Source: an uncultured delta proteobacterium
GTDB taxonomy: Bacteria > Myxococcota_A > Polyangia > Polyangiales > Polyangiaceae
Length of the DNA stretch: 64,000 nucleotides
Reading direction: 5' to 3'
Assembly: GCA_963841435.1 (NCBI GenBank)
Contig: CAWJCS010000003.1
Coordinates: 352,001 to 416,000, forward strand
Below are positions 47,951-60,044 of the stretch, piece by piece. The position numbers were made by a program, and so were the translations under genes. The notes below the pieces were generated by a model, which searched no databases, was not told the DNA's origin, and saw only the letters and a list, made by a program, of their open reading frames with translations. Within the stretch, counting starts at the first letter, position 1, and every line of letters starts with the position of its first letter.

Positions 47951-49129
47951 ATGAACGCCACACGCCGTCCCGTCCCCATCCTCGCCCGCCGACTTTTCCT
48001 GAGCGTGCCATTGCTGGCCGCGTGCGCTCTCACGAGCTGCAGCAAGAAGGAAGAGGCCCCCGCGGCAGCCGGTTCCGCGGCGGAGCCGACCGCGAGTGCC
48101 ACGGGCTCGGAGACACTCACGGTCGGGTTCATCTACGTCGGACCCAAGGACGACTACGGATACAACCAGGCGCATCACGAGGGCGCCCTGGCGGTCGCGA
48201 AGCTGCCGGGCGTGAAGATCCGCGAAGAAGAGAAAGTGCCCGAGACGCTCAACGTCCAAAAGACCATGGAGAGCATGATCAATCTCGACGGCGCGAAGCT
48301 CCTTTTCCCGACGTCGTTCGGCTACTTCGATCCTCACATTCTGAAGGTCGCCGAGAAGTATCCCGACGTGACGTTCCTTCACTGCGGCGGCCTCTACCAG
48401 GAAGGTAAGCACCCGAAGAACGTCGGCAGCTATTTCGGCTACATCGACGAGGCCGAGTACGTGGCCGGCATGGTCGCGGGCGGCACGACCAAGACCAACA
48501 AACTCGGATTCATCGCCGCCAAGCCGATTCCGCAGGTTCTCCGAAATATCAATTCTTACACTCTGGGTGCGCGTTCCGTGAATCCCAAGGTCGAGACCAC
48601 GGTCATCTTCACGGGCGATTGGGCGCTACCGGTCAAAGAAGCAGAGGCCGCCAACAGCCTGATCGACCAGGGCGTCAACGTGCTGACGGCCCACGTCGAT
48701 TCACCCAAGGTCGTGATCGAGACGGCGGAGAAGCGCGGCATCTTCAGCACGGGCTACCACGCGAGCCAGGCGAACCTCGCGCCCAAGGGCTACCTCACGG
48801 GCGCCGAGTGGAACTGGGAGAAGGTCTACACGGCGTACATCGAGACCATCAAGAAGGGCGAGAAGCCGGAGCACCTCGTGCGCGGCGGCTTCTCCTCCGG
48901 CTTCGTGAAGCTCTCGCCGTACGGCGCCGCCGTGTCCGACGCCATCAAGGCCAAGGCGGACGAGGCCAAGAGCCTGCTCACCGACGGCAAGCTCGTCGTC
49001 TACAAGGGGCCGCTCAAGGACAACACCGGCAAGGAAATCATCGCCGCTGGCGTCGAGCAGAAGCAGACGGACATCGGGCTCGAAAGCATGAATTATCTCG
49101 TCGAAGGCGTGAAGGGGAAGCTCAACTGA
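47951..49129 (+). CDS. BMP-family ABC substrate-binding lipoprotein
   Basis: VGFIYVGPKDDYGYNQAH, TSFGY and GAEWNW motifs; lipobox LTSC. Confidence 0.92.
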   Translation: MNATRRPVPILARRLFLSVPLLAACALTSCSKKEEAPAAAGSAAEPTASATGSETLTVGFIYVGPKDDYGYNQAHHEGALAVAKLPGVKIREEEKVPETLNVQKTMESMINLDGAKLLFPTSFGYFDPHILKVAEKYPDVTFLHCGGLYQEGKHPKNVGSYFGYIDEAEYVAGMVAGGTTKTNKLGFIAAKPIPQVLRNINSYTLGARSVNPKVETTVIFTGDWALPVKEAEAANSLIDQGVNVLTAHVDSPKVVIETAEKRGIFSTGYHASQANLAPKGYLTGAEWNWEKVYTAYIETIKKGEKPEHLVRGGFSSGFVKLSPYGAAVSDAIKAKADEAKSLLTDGKLVVYKGPLKDNTGKEIIAAGVEQKQTDIGLESMNYLVEGVKGKLN

Positions 49130-49151
49130 CGACCGGAGCGTCATGCCGGCC

Positions 49152-50270
49152 ATGAGCGACGCAGCCGGAGCCGAAAAGCTCGCGCCGGCCGATGGCCGGA
49201 CCGCCACGGCTCCGGCCGGCATCGACTGGGCCCGGCTGGGCCCGCGCCTCGAAACGTTCGGGATCCCGCTACTCGCGCTCGTCGCGTCGTTGCTCCTGTT
49301 CGGCGTGTTCGTTGCCCTGTCGGGCAAGAATCCGATCGAGGTCTACGGGCAGATGGTGCGAGGCGCGTTCGGCACGTGGTTCTCCTTCCAGAACACGTTG
49401 CAGCGCGCCTCGCCGTTGCTCTTGACGGCCCTTTGCACGGCCCTGCCGGCGCGCGCAGGCCTCATCGTGATCGGCGGCGAGGGCGCGTTCGTCATGGGCG
49501 GCCTCGCGGCGGCGGCGGCCGGCGTCGCCATGACGGGCGCTTCACCCTTCTGGGTGCTCGGGGCGATGTTCGTCGCGGCGATGATCATGGGTGGCGCTTG
49601 GATCGGCGGCGTGGGCCTGCTCAAGGTGCGACGCGGCGTGAACGAGACCATCAGCAGCCTCCTGCTCACGTACATCGGCATCGCGCTCTTGAACCACTTC
49701 GTGGAAGGGCCGCTCAAGGATCCCGAGAGCCTCAACAAGCCGTCGACGCGCCACATCGGCGAGGCCAACATGGTCGGTTCGATCCCGGGTCTCGACGTGC
49801 ACTGGGGCCTCGTCGTGGGTGTCGTCGCCTGCATTTGCGCGCACTTTTTGATGCGGCGCACCGTGTTCGGCTTCTCGGCTTCCATCGTCGGGGGCAACGC
49901 GCGCGCGGCGCGGCTGTCGGGTGTGAAGGTCGCGCGCACCGTGGTCTTGACGTGCGCGCTCGCGGGCGCGGCGGCGGGGCTCGCGGGAGCCTTCGAGGTT
50001 GCGGCCGTTCACGGGCGCGCCAACGCATCGCTCGTCGCCGGCTACGGCTACGCGGGCATCCTCGTGGCATTCCTTGCGCGGCACGACGGCCTTGCGATCA
50101 TCCCCGTCGCGCTCTTCCTCGGCGGCATCGCGGCGAGCGGTGGCCTCTTGCAGCGGGTCTTCGACCTTCCGGACGCAACCGTCAACGTGCTGCAGGGAAT
50201 TCTGTTCGTGGTGCTGATCGCGAGCGACACGCTCTACGGGCGCATCCGCTGGGGAGCGAAGAGCGCCTGA
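49152..50270 (+). CDS. ABC permease (nucleoside/BMP type)
   Basis: IGGEGA, GVNETISSLL and GYGYAGILVA motifs. Confidence 0.9.
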   Translation: MSDAAGAEKLAPADGRTATAPAGIDWARLGPRLETFGIPLLALVASLLLFGVFVALSGKNPIEVYGQMVRGAFGTWFSFQNTLQRASPLLLTALCTALPARAGLIVIGGEGAFVMGGLAAAAAGVAMTGASPFWVLGAMFVAAMIMGGAWIGGVGLLKVRRGVNETISSLLLTYIGIALLNHFVEGPLKDPESLNKPSTRHIGEANMVGSIPGLDVHWGLVVGVVACICAHFLMRRTVFGFSASIVGGNARAARLSGVKVARTVVLTCALAGAAAGLAGAFEVAAVHGRANASLVAGYGYAGILVAFLARHDGLAIIPVALFLGGIAASGGLLQRVFDLPDATVNVLQGILFVVLIASDTLYGRIRWGAKSA

Positions 50271-51196
50271 TGGCCGACACGACACTCGGACTCTGGGGCA
50301 TCCCGCTCGCGATCCTCGGCGGCGCCATCCGCGTGAGCACGCCCTTTCTGTTCGTGAGTCTCGGCGAGTGCATCACGGAGCGCAGCGGCCGAGTGAACCT
50401 CGGCCTCGAGGGCACGCTCGTCATGGGCGCGATGTCGGGCTACGGCGTCTCGTACCTCTCGGGCTCGCCGTGGCTCGGCGTACTCGCCGCCGGCAGCATC
50501 GGAGCCGTGCTCGGAGCCATGCACGGCTGGCTCTGCGGCAAGCCGCGGGTCAACGACATCGCGCTCGGCATCGCCATGATGCTGCTCGGCGTCGGCCTCG
50601 CCTTCTACCTCGGCAAGCCGCTCATCCAACCGAGCGCACCACGCCTCGGCTCCATACCGCTCGGCTTCTTCTCCGACAACGCGCAGCTCCGCTCCGCGCT
50701 CGACGTGAACCTCTTGTTCGTCGTCGGGGTGCTGCTCGCGCCGGCGCTGCACCTCGGCCTCTACAAGACGCGCTGGGGCCTCGTCCTGCGCACCGTGGGC
50801 GAGAGCGCCGACGCGGCGCGCGCGCTCGGCTATGACGTCTCGCGCGTCCGCTTGCTCGCGACGATGGCGGGCGGCTTCCTCGCCGGCATCGGTGGGTCCT
50901 TCCTTTCCCTTTATTACCCCGGCAGCTGGAACGAAGGGCTCTCGAGCGGCCAGGGGCTCATGGCCGTGGCGCTCGTGATCTTCGCGCGCTGGAGCCCGCG
51001 GCGCTGTCTCTACGCGTCGCTCTTGTTCGGCGGCGCCGGCGCGATCGGCCCGGCGCTCCAGTCCGTGGGCATCACCACGGGTTACTACCTCTGGAACGCC
51101 GCGCCCTACGTGCTGACGCTCGCGATCCTCATCATGAGCAGCTCGGCCACGCGGGCCTCCGTCGACATGCCCGCGGAGCTCGCCGTAAGCCGGTAG
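50270..51196 (+). CDS. ABC permease (nucleoside/BMP type)
   Basis: GECITERSGRVNLGLEG and GQGLMAVALVIFARW motifs; TGATG overlap. Confidence 0.9.
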   Translation: MADTTLGLWGIPLAILGGAIRVSTPFLFVSLGECITERSGRVNLGLEGTLVMGAMSGYGVSYLSGSPWLGVLAAGSIGAVLGAMHGWLCGKPRVNDIALGIAMMLLGVGLAFYLGKPLIQPSAPRLGSIPLGFFSDNAQLRSALDVNLLFVVGVLLAPALHLGLYKTRWGLVLRTVGESADAARALGYDVSRVRLLATMAGGFLAGIGGSFLSLYYPGSWNEGLSSGQGLMAVALVIFARWSPRRCLYASLLFGGAGAIGPALQSVGITTGYYLWNAAPYVLTLAILIMSSSATRASVDMPAELAVSR

Positions 51197-51220
51197 AAAG
51201 ATGCCCCTCGGAGAAATCTG

Positions 51221-51922
51221 ATGACGACGACCTACATTGCTGCCGAACCGTACCCCTGGCCCTACGATGGCGATCTCAGGCCCGAAAACACGGCGCTCGT
51301 CATCATCGACATGCAGACCGACTTCTGCGGCAAAGGCGGCTACATCGATCTGCTCGGCTACGACCTCACGGCGTCGCGCGCCTGCATCGAGCCCATCGGG
51401 CGCTTGCTCGCACTCGCACGCGAGAAAAGCTTTCACGTGATCCACACGCGCGAGGGGCACCGCCCCGACCTCTCGGACCTGCCGGCCAACAAACGCTGGC
51501 GCTCACGCGTGCTGCAGAAGGGCGGCCCGGGGCAAACGGGGATCGGTGACCCGGGACCCTGCGGGCGCGTGCTCGTTCGCGGTGAGCCCGGCTGGGAGAT
51601 CATCCCCGAGCTCGCGCCGAAGCCGGGTGAGCCCATCATCGACAAGCCGGGCAAGGGCTCGTTCTGCGCCACGGATCTCGACATGATCCTCCGGCAACGC
51701 GGCATCCGAAATCTCATCCTCACGGGCATCACGACGGACGTGTGCGTCCACACCACGATGCGCGAGGCGAACGACCGCGGCTACGAGTGCCTCATCGTCG
51801 GCGACTGCTGCGCCGCGACGGACCCGGGCAATCATCAGGCGGCGCTCAAGATGGTGACCATGCAAAACGGCGTCTTCGGCGCCGTCTCCAGCTCCGGAAA
51901 GCTGTTGGAGGCCCTCTCGTGA
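51221..51922 (+). CDS. biuH: Biuret-hydrolase-like cysteine hydrolase
   Basis: AEPYPWPYDGDLRP, DMQTDFCGKGGY, KPGKGSF, TTDVCV, AATD and MQNGVFG motifs. Confidence 0.8.
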   Translation: MTTTYIAAEPYPWPYDGDLRPENTALVIIDMQTDFCGKGGYIDLLGYDLTASRACIEPIGRLLALAREKSFHVIHTREGHRPDLSDLPANKRWRSRVLQKGGPGQTGIGDPGPCGRVLVRGEPGWEIIPELAPKPGEPIIDKPGKGSFCATDLDMILRQRGIRNLILTGITTDVCVHTTMREANDRGYECLIVGDCCAATDPGNHQAALKMVTMQNGVFGAVSSSGKLLEALS

Positions 51923-53481
51923 GCGTTCCGAGCACGACTGTCGAGGGCAAGGCGGCGCCCGCCCGGAGCGACGTACCGCCGCGCGTCGAGGCGCGCGCCA
52001 TGACCAAGCGCTTCGGCGGCGTCACCGTGCTCGACCAGGTATCGCTCACCATCGAGCCCGGCACGGTGCACGCGCTGCTCGGCGAAAATGGCGCCGGCAA
52101 GAGCACGCTCGTAAAATGCATCATGGGCTTTTACCAGGCCGACTCGGGCGAGCTGCTCGTCAACGGCAAGCAGTGCACCGTCGCGAGCCCGCGTGACGCG
52201 CAAGCCTTCGGCATCGGCATGGTCTACCAGCACTTCACGTTGGTCGAGAACATGACCGTCGCGGAGAACTTGCTCATCGCCCGGCGCGAGCTCCCCGCGA
52301 TCATCGACTGGAAGCGCGAAGTCGCCGAGCTATCGGCCTTCATGCAGAAGATGCCGTTCCGCATCGAGCCGACGACGCTCGTCCGGCACCTCGCCGCCGG
52401 CGAGAAGCAAAAGCTCGAGATCTTGAAGCAGCTCTACCTCGGCAGCCGGGTCGTCATCCTCGATGAGCCGACGAGCGTGCTCACGCCCGACGAAGCCGAC
52501 GAGGTGCTCGGCCTCATGAAGGAAATGACGGCACGTGGCGAGCTCAGCGTGTTGATGATCTCGCATAAATTCCGCGAAGTTCTCGCGTTTGCCGATCAAG
52601 TCACCATCCTGCGGCGCGGGCAATGGGTGGCGAGCGCCCCGGTGTCCGAGCTCACGCCGGAGAAGATGGCAGAGCTCATGGTGGGTGCGGAGCCGCCGAG
52701 CCAGTCGAGCTCGCGCAGCGATCGCGAGGCGGGAGCCGCCGTGCTCGAGCTCGACGCCATCGAGGCCGACGACGACATCGGCTTGCCCGTCCTCGAGGGT
52801 GTCACGCTGTGCGTGCGCTCGGGTGAGATCGTCGGAATCGCGGGAGTGAGCGGCAACGGTCAGGAGGAGCTCGTCGAGGTGCTCGCGGGCCAGCGCGTTC
52901 CCAGCAAGGGCAGCGTGCGTGTCGGCGGCAGCGCCTACCGCGCCACGCGCGAGCAGATCCGCACGCTTCGCGTGCGCCTCTTGCCCGAGACGCCGCTCAG
53001 GAACGCGTGCGTCCCCGGCATGCCGCTCTCGCACAACATCGCGTTTCGCGAGTACGATCGCCCGCCGTTCACGTTCGCGCGCTTCGGTCTCAAGCTGCGC
53101 GAGTTCCGGGCTCGCGCCGAGCGCGCCATCACGGCCTTCAAGATCCGCACGCCCTCGCACGCCGCGCCCATCGGCCAGCTGTCCGGGGGCAACGTGCAGC
53201 GCGCCGTGCTCGCGCGCGAGCTCTCGGGCGACGTCTCCGTGCTCATCGCCGCCAATCCCTGCTTCGGCCTCGATTTCGGCGCCGTCGCCGAGATCCGCTC
53301 GCGGCTCGTCAACGCGCGCAACGCGGGCGCGGCCGTGCTCTTGATCAGCGCCGACCTCGAGGAAATCTTCGCACTGAGCGACCGCATTCTCGTGATGAGC
53401 GGCGGCAAAATCGTGCACGAAACGCTGGCCGCCGTCGCCGATCTGCGTCAGATCGGCCGCCACATGGCGGGACACGCCTGA
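51919..53481 (+). CDS. ABC ATP-binding protein (two-domain, CUT2 type)
   Basis: GENGAGKST; ILDEPT; LSGGNVQR; GTGA overlap. Confidence 0.92.
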   Translation: MSVPSTTVEGKAAPARSDVPPRVEARAMTKRFGGVTVLDQVSLTIEPGTVHALLGENGAGKSTLVKCIMGFYQADSGELLVNGKQCTVASPRDAQAFGIGMVYQHFTLVENMTVAENLLIARRELPAIIDWKREVAELSAFMQKMPFRIEPTTLVRHLAAGEKQKLEILKQLYLGSRVVILDEPTSVLTPDEADEVLGLMKEMTARGELSVLMISHKFREVLAFADQVTILRRGQWVASAPVSELTPEKMAELMVGAEPPSQSSSRSDREAGAAVLELDAIEADDDIGLPVLEGVTLCVRSGEIVGIAGVSGNGQEELVEVLAGQRVPSKGSVRVGGSAYRATREQIRTLRVRLLPETPLRNACVPGMPLSHNIAFREYDRPPFTFARFGLKLREFRARAERAITAFKIRTPSHAAPIGQLSGGNVQRAVLARELSGDVSVLIAANPCFGLDFGAVAEIRSRLVNARNAGAAVLLISADLEEIFALSDRILVMSGGKIVHETLAAVADLRQIGRHMAGHA

Positions 53482-53595
53482 GGGAACGTAGTAGTCCTCG
53501 TCCACCGTGCTCCGCGACCGGTGGCCCTCGCAGCGCTCGTCCGATTCACGCCTCCGTTCGCGCGCGGGCGTCGTACCCGCACCTCCCTCCTTCGA

Positions 53596-53955
53596 GTGCA
53601 GCGCTTGATCGAGAAGCTAGTCGATCTCGCGGCGCGCTCGGCGGGCTGGGCAACCTTACGCGAAGGCGTCGAGATCCTGCGACTCGCCGGGGATGCCACG
53701 AAAGGGCCCAGCGCGGCGCTTCTGCGGTACCGTGAAGGCGCGCGCGTCCCTTCGCACCGTCACAGCGGCTTCGAAGTGATCTACGTCGTATCGGGCGCAC
53801 AGAGCGACGAGCGGGGCACCTATCCGGCCGGCAGCCTCGTCATCAACTCTGCCGGTGACGAGCACAGCGTTTGGAGTGACAGCGGATGTGTCGTGCTGAT
53901 TCTCTGGGAGCGACCCATCGAATTCGTCGACGACATTCCGGAGAGCGCCATCTGA
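53596..53955 (+). CDS. ChrR-like cupin protein
   Basis: ALLRYREGARVPSHRH.GFE.IYV.SG...DE.G.YPAG...H. Confidence 0.8.
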   Translation: MQRLIEKLVDLAARSAGWATLREGVEILRLAGDATKGPSAALLRYREGARVPSHRHSGFEVIYVVSGAQSDERGTYPAGSLVINSAGDEHSVWSDSGCVVLILWERPIEFVDDIPESAI

Positions 53956-54099
53956 GCGACTCTGGGTCGGTTTTACGCCCGGGCCCCACTGCCGAAAACC
54001 TCCCGAAACGCCACCTGGGCGAGACGCGCTCGTGGACCAATCGACCCCGGGCAGGCTTCCAAGCTGGAGGCGCGCGGCTGACGGTCCCAGGAGAGAGTC

Positions 54100-55512
54100 A
54101 TGAATAGCTGCTTGAGAATTACGGTGGCAATGTGCGGCGCCCTCTTGGGGGCCTGCCAAGGACCGGGCGGTTCCGCGCCGACCGAGGCGACCTCCGCCTC
54201 GGCCGCGGCCCCGGCCGAAGCGTCGCCCACTCCCGCCAAGGCGTCGGACACCGGCCCGATCAAGGTCGGTATCCTGCATTCATTGTCGGGAACGATGGCC
54301 ATCAGCGAAACGTCGCTCAAGGACGTGGCGCTGATGACGATCGCCGGCATCAACAAGGCCGGCGGTGTGCTCGGCCGCCAGCTCGAGCCCGTCGTGGTCG
54401 ATCCGGCCTCGAACTGGCCGCTCTTCGCGGAGAAGGCGCGCGAGCTCATCCAGAAGGACGGCGTCGCGGTGACGTTCGGCTGCTGGACCTCGGTGTCGCG
54501 AAAATCGGTGCTCCCGGTGTTCGAGGAGCTGAACGGTCTCTTGTTCTACCCGGTGCAGTACGAAGGCGAGGAGTCGTCGTACAACGTGTTTTACACGGGT
54601 GCCGCGCCGAACCAGCAAGCGATCCCCGCCGTCGAGTACCTCATGAGCGACAAGGGCGGCGGCGCCAAGCGCTGGGTGCTGCTCGGCACGGATTACGTGT
54701 ACCCGCGCACGACCAACAAGATCCTACGCTACTTCTTGCACGACAAGGGCGTCAAGGACGAGGACATCCTCGAGAAGTACACGCCCTTCGGTCACTCCGA
54801 CTACCAGACGATCGTCGCCGAGGTGAAGAAGTTCGCCGCCGGCAAGCCGACCGCGGTGGTTTCCACGATCAACGGCGACTCCAACGTGCCGTTCTACAAG
54901 GAGCTCGCCAACCAGGGCATGAAGGCGACCGACATCCCGGTGGTCGCGTTCTCCGTGGGCGAGGAAGAGCTCCGCGGTATCGACACCAAGGCGCTCGTCG
55001 GCCACCTCGCGGCCTGGAACTACTTCATGTCGATCGACACGCCCGAGAACAAGGCGTTCATCGACGACTGGAAGGCCTGGGTCAAGGAGAAGAACCTGCC
55101 GGACGGCGACAAGCGCGTCACCAACGATCCGATGGAGGCAACCTACATCGGCATCAAGATGTGGGCGCAGGCCGTCGAGCAGGCGGGCACCACCAACGTC
55201 GACGCCGTCCGTCAAGCCGTCGCCGGCCAGATGGTCAAGGCGCCGACGGGCATGACCATCACGATGGACATGAAGAACCACCATTTGCACAAGCCGGTCT
55301 TCATCGCCGAGGTGAAGGCGGACGGTCAGTTCAACGTCGTTTGGAAGACGGACGGTCCGATCCGCGCGATGCCCTGGAGCCCCTACGTGCCGGATAGCAA
55401 GGCCAAGGTTGCCGACTGGCAATTCCCCTGGGTCTGCGGCAACTGCACCGAGCCGAAGTTCAAGCTCGGCGCGCTCGCCCCGGCCATCGAAGCGGCCCCG
55501 GCGGCGAAGTAG
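54100..55512 (+). CDS. urtA: Urea ABC transporter substrate-binding protein
   Basis: IKVGILHSLSGTMAISE, FGCWTSVSRKSV, YPVQYEG and TDYVYPRT motifs. Confidence 0.95.
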   Translation: MNSCLRITVAMCGALLGACQGPGGSAPTEATSASAAAPAEASPTPAKASDTGPIKVGILHSLSGTMAISETSLKDVALMTIAGINKAGGVLGRQLEPVVVDPASNWPLFAEKARELIQKDGVAVTFGCWTSVSRKSVLPVFEELNGLLFYPVQYEGEESSYNVFYTGAAPNQQAIPAVEYLMSDKGGGAKRWVLLGTDYVYPRTTNKILRYFLHDKGVKDEDILEKYTPFGHSDYQTIVAEVKKFAAGKPTAVVSTINGDSNVPFYKELANQGMKATDIPVVAFSVGEEELRGIDTKALVGHLAAWNYFMSIDTPENKAFIDDWKAWVKEKNLPDGDKRVTNDPMEATYIGIKMWAQAVEQAGTTNVDAVRQAVAGQMVKAPTGMTITMDMKNHHLHKPVFIAEVKADGQFNVVWKTDGPIRAMPWSPYVPDSKAKVADWQFPWVCGNCTEPKFKLGALAPAIEAAPAAK

Positions 55513-55537
55513 CCAGGGCCGAGCCAACACGGAACCC

Positions 55538-57169
55538 ATGGCGCGGAAGAGTCTGAGACTCGTCGTCTGTCTAGTCGGAGCGTGGCTCTGGCTCTCCGCG
55601 CCGTGGAACGTGCTCACGGCTCTCGCCGCGAGCGACCTCGCCTCCGAGCTGCGCGCCGTCGCCGGCTCGGACGCTAGCGTCGCGCGCGACGCCCTCGAAG
55701 GCATCAAGGCGCGCGCCGACGTGCGCGCGCTGCCCGCGCTCGAGGCACTCGACGCGGGCAACCTGCGCGCCGACGAGGTGGGCGCCCTGTTCATCTCGGT
55801 CGACGGCAAGCTCGAGCCCGCGCTGCCCGGCGGCCCCGCAGCGCCGTCCGGCAAGACCAGCGCGCCGTCCGTCGACAATTCCCTGAGGCGCTCGCTCTTG
55901 CCGACGCTTGCGATGCTCAAGCTGTCGTCGCCCGACCGCGAGGTAAGGCGCGCTGCCGCCGAGGAGCTCGCCAAACGCCCCAGCGAAGACGTCGCGCCGC
56001 TCGTCCGAACCGCGCTCGCCGAGGAGCACGATTCGGAAGTCAAAGAGCAACTCCGCCTCGCGCTCGCCCAGCTGGATCTCCAGACCGGCGACGCCAAGGC
56101 GCGCATCGCGGCGCTCGGCGTCATCAAGTCGAGTGGTGACGTGGCCTTCCAGGCCGACCTCGAGCGAATGACCGGCAAGAACGGCTCCGAATCGTCCGAG
56201 AAGGACCCGGCCGTACGCGAGGCCGCGCGCGATGCTCTGAAGAGCATCGAGTCGCGGGTTTTCTTCATCGGCCTACTCGGCCACCTATTTTACGGCGTGA
56301 GCCTCGGCAGCGTGCTCTTGCTCGCTGCGCTCGGTCTCGCCATCACGTTCGGGTTGATGGGCGTCATCAACATGGCGCACGGCGAGATGCTGATGATCGG
56401 CGCCTACACGACCTACGTCGTGCAAAACCTGTTTCAAAAGTACCTTCCGGCCTACTTCGATTGGTACCTCATCCTCTCGATCCCCGCGGCCTTTTTGGTC
56501 TGCTTCGCGGTCGGCGTGGCGCTCGAGCGCAGCGTGATCCGCTTCTTGTACGGGCGGCCACTCGAAACGCTGCTCGCCACCTGGGGCATCTCGCTCGCCC
56601 TCATCCAGACCGTGCGCGTGCTTTTCAGCGCACAGAATGTCACGGTGTCGAACCCGAGCTGGCTAGAGGGCGGCGTCTCGCTCCTGCCGGGGGTCGTGCT
56701 CACCTACAGCCGCATCGCCGTGATCGGCTTCGCCGTCGTGGTCGTCGCCTTCGTCTGGCTCTGGATGAACAAGACGCCCGTCGGGCTCCGCGTGCGCGCC
56801 GTCACGCAAAACCGCGAGATGGCGGCGGCTATGGGGGTCGCTACACCGCTGGTCGATATGGGCACGTTCGGCCTGGGCTCTGGCATCGCCGGCCTGGGCG
56901 GTGTCGCGCTCTCGCAGCTCGGCAACGTCGGCCCCGAGCTCGGCCAGGGCTACATCGTCGATTCGTTCATGGTGGTGGTGCTCGGTGGCGTCGGCAAGCT
57001 CGTCGGCACCATCGTCGGCGCGATGGGCCTCGGCATCCTGAACAAGCTGCTCGAACCTGCTGCCGGTGCCGTGCTCGGCAAGATCTTGATCCTGGTCATC
57101 ATCATCCTGTTCATCCAGAAGCGCCCGCAGGGCATCTTCGCGATGAAGGGCCGAGCGGCAGAGGTTTGA
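55538..57169 (+). CDS. urtB: Urea ABC transporter permease with HEAT-like N-terminal domain
   Basis: GLAITFGLMGVINMAHGE; YGRPLETLLATWG. Confidence 0.93.
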   Translation: MARKSLRLVVCLVGAWLWLSAPWNVLTALAASDLASELRAVAGSDASVARDALEGIKARADVRALPALEALDAGNLRADEVGALFISVDGKLEPALPGGPAAPSGKTSAPSVDNSLRRSLLPTLAMLKLSSPDREVRRAAAEELAKRPSEDVAPLVRTALAEEHDSEVKEQLRLALAQLDLQTGDAKARIAALGVIKSSGDVAFQADLERMTGKNGSESSEKDPAVREAARDALKSIESRVFFIGLLGHLFYGVSLGSVLLLAALGLAITFGLMGVINMAHGEMLMIGAYTTYVVQNLFQKYLPAYFDWYLILSIPAAFLVCFAVGVALERSVIRFLYGRPLETLLATWGISLALIQTVRVLFSAQNVTVSNPSWLEGGVSLLPGVVLTYSRIAVIGFAVVVVAFVWLWMNKTPVGLRVRAVTQNREMAAAMGVATPLVDMGTFGLGSGIAGLGGVALSQLGNVGPELGQGYIVDSFMVVVLGGVGKLVGTIVGAMGLGILNKLLEPAAGAVLGKILILVIIILFIQKRPQGIFAMKGRAAEV

Positions 57170-58289
57170 TGAAGGCGCTCGCCATCCTCCGTCAGATGCA
57201 CGACCGCCGCGGCTGGATCGCCGTCGGCGTCGTTGCGCTCATCGGTCTCGTGCTGGTCCCGGTGCTCAACGTGGCGCTTCCCGCGGGCTCGCCATTGCAG
57301 ATCCCCGACCACCTCGTCACGCTGCTCGGCAAGTTCGCCTGCTACGCGCTCGCCGCCGTCGCTCTCGATTTGATCTGGGGCTTTTGCGGGATCCTGAGCC
57401 TCGGGCACGGCGTGTTCTTCGCGCTCGGCGGCTACGCCATGGGCATGTACCTGATGCGCGCCATGCAGGGCCAGGGTGTCTACCGCAGCAATTTGCCCGA
57501 TTTCATGGTGTTCCTCGATTGGAAGGAGCTGCCCTGGTTCTGGCTCGGCTTCGACAACTTCTTCTTTGCGATGTTCGCGGTGCTCTGGGTGCCGGGCCTG
57601 CTCGCCTATGCGTTCGGCTACTTCGCGTTCCGCTCACGCATCCGTGGCGTCTACTTCTCGATCATCACGCAAGCCCTCACCTACGCTCTGATGCTGCTCT
57701 TCTTCCGCAACGACACGGGCTTCGGCGGCAACAACGGCCTCACGGACTTCAAGCAGCTCTACGGCTACCCCCTGCAGCTCCCCTCCACCAAGCTCGCCCT
57801 GTACGTGATCTCCGTGGCGGCGCTCATCCTCACGTACCTGCTCTGCCGCTACGTCGTCACCACCAAGCTCGGTCGGGTGCTCCGCGCGGTGCGCGACCAG
57901 GAGAGCCGCGTCATGTTCTGCGGCTACGACCCGACGCAATACAAGCTCTTCGTCTGGACGCTCTCGGCCGTGCTCTGCGGCATCGCCGGTGCGCTCTACG
58001 TGCCGCAGGTCGGCATCATCAACCCGAGCGAGCTCCAGCCCTCGAACTCCATCGAAATGGCCATTTGGACGGCCGTGGGCGGCCGCGGCACGCTGATGGG
58101 CGCCGCCCTCGGTGCCTTCATCGTCAACGGCACGAAGAGCTGGTTCACGGGCGCGCTGCCCGAGGCGTGGTTGTACGTGCTCGGCGCCATGTTCATCCTC
58201 GTCACGCTCTTCCTGCCGCAGGGCGTGATCGGCTTCGCACAGAAGCTCATGGCCAAACGAGCCGCACCAACCGGAGCACCGAAACCGGC

Positions 58290-58293
<4 letters not shown>
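57169..58293 (+). CDS. urtC: Urea ABC transporter permease
   Basis: DLIWGFCGILSLGHG, LPDFM and FGGNNGLTDF motifs. Confidence 0.93.
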
Positions 58294-59199
<906 letters not shown>

Positions 59200-59213
<14 letters not shown>

Positions 59214-59892
59214 AGGCCTGAACCAGGCCTATGGTGGCAGTCAGATCCTCTGGGAAATGGGCCTGGACGTGCCCGAGGGCTCCTGCACCTGCCTCATGGG
59301 CCGAAACGGCGTGGGCAAGACCACGCTGCTCCGCGCCATCATGGGCTCGCTGAAGGTGACCGGTGGCAGCATCAAGTTCTCCGGCAAAGAGCTGACCGGC
59401 GCGGCTCCCGAGACGCGCGCGCGCTCGGGTGTCGGCTATGTACCTCAGGGCCGCGAGATCTTTCCGCAGCTCACCGTCGGCGAGAACCTCGAGGTCGGCG
59501 TGGTGGCCGAAGGGCGCCGAAAGCCCGTGCCGAAACGCGTCTTCGAGCTGTTCCCCGTCCTCAGGACGATGCTGAACCGGCGCGGTGGCGACCTCTCGGG
59601 CGGCCAGCAACAGCAGCTCGCCATCGGCCGCGCGCTCGCCATCAACCCGAAGCTCCTCATCCTGGACGAGCCCACGGAGGGCATCCAGCCGAACATCGTG
59701 AAGATGATCGGCGACGTGCTCATGATGCTCAATCGCGAAGAGGGCCTCACGGTCCTGCTCGTCGAGCAGAAGCTCGCCTTCGCGCGCCGCGTCGGCAGCC
59801 GCTTCTGCCTGATGGATCGCGGCCGCGCTGTCGCCACGGGTGAGATGAAAGAGCTCAGCGACGACCTCGTCGCGAAGCATCTCGCGGTCTGA
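59200..59892 (+). CDS. urtE: Urea ABC transporter ATPase
   Basis: GRNGVGKT; LSGGQQQQLAIGRAL; DEPTEGIQP. Confidence 0.93.
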
Positions 59893-60044
59893 AGAGGGCT
59901 CGAGCGCGTCGGAAGCTCGGCGGCGAGACCTTGGGTATCGACGCACGAGGACGACACGACACCGGGCGTCGAATCATGCATTTTCCTGTTGCATTCGCGG
60001 TTCGGGTGAATCCGGCTCTGCGGCTGGGCTAGACTCGAAGCGGC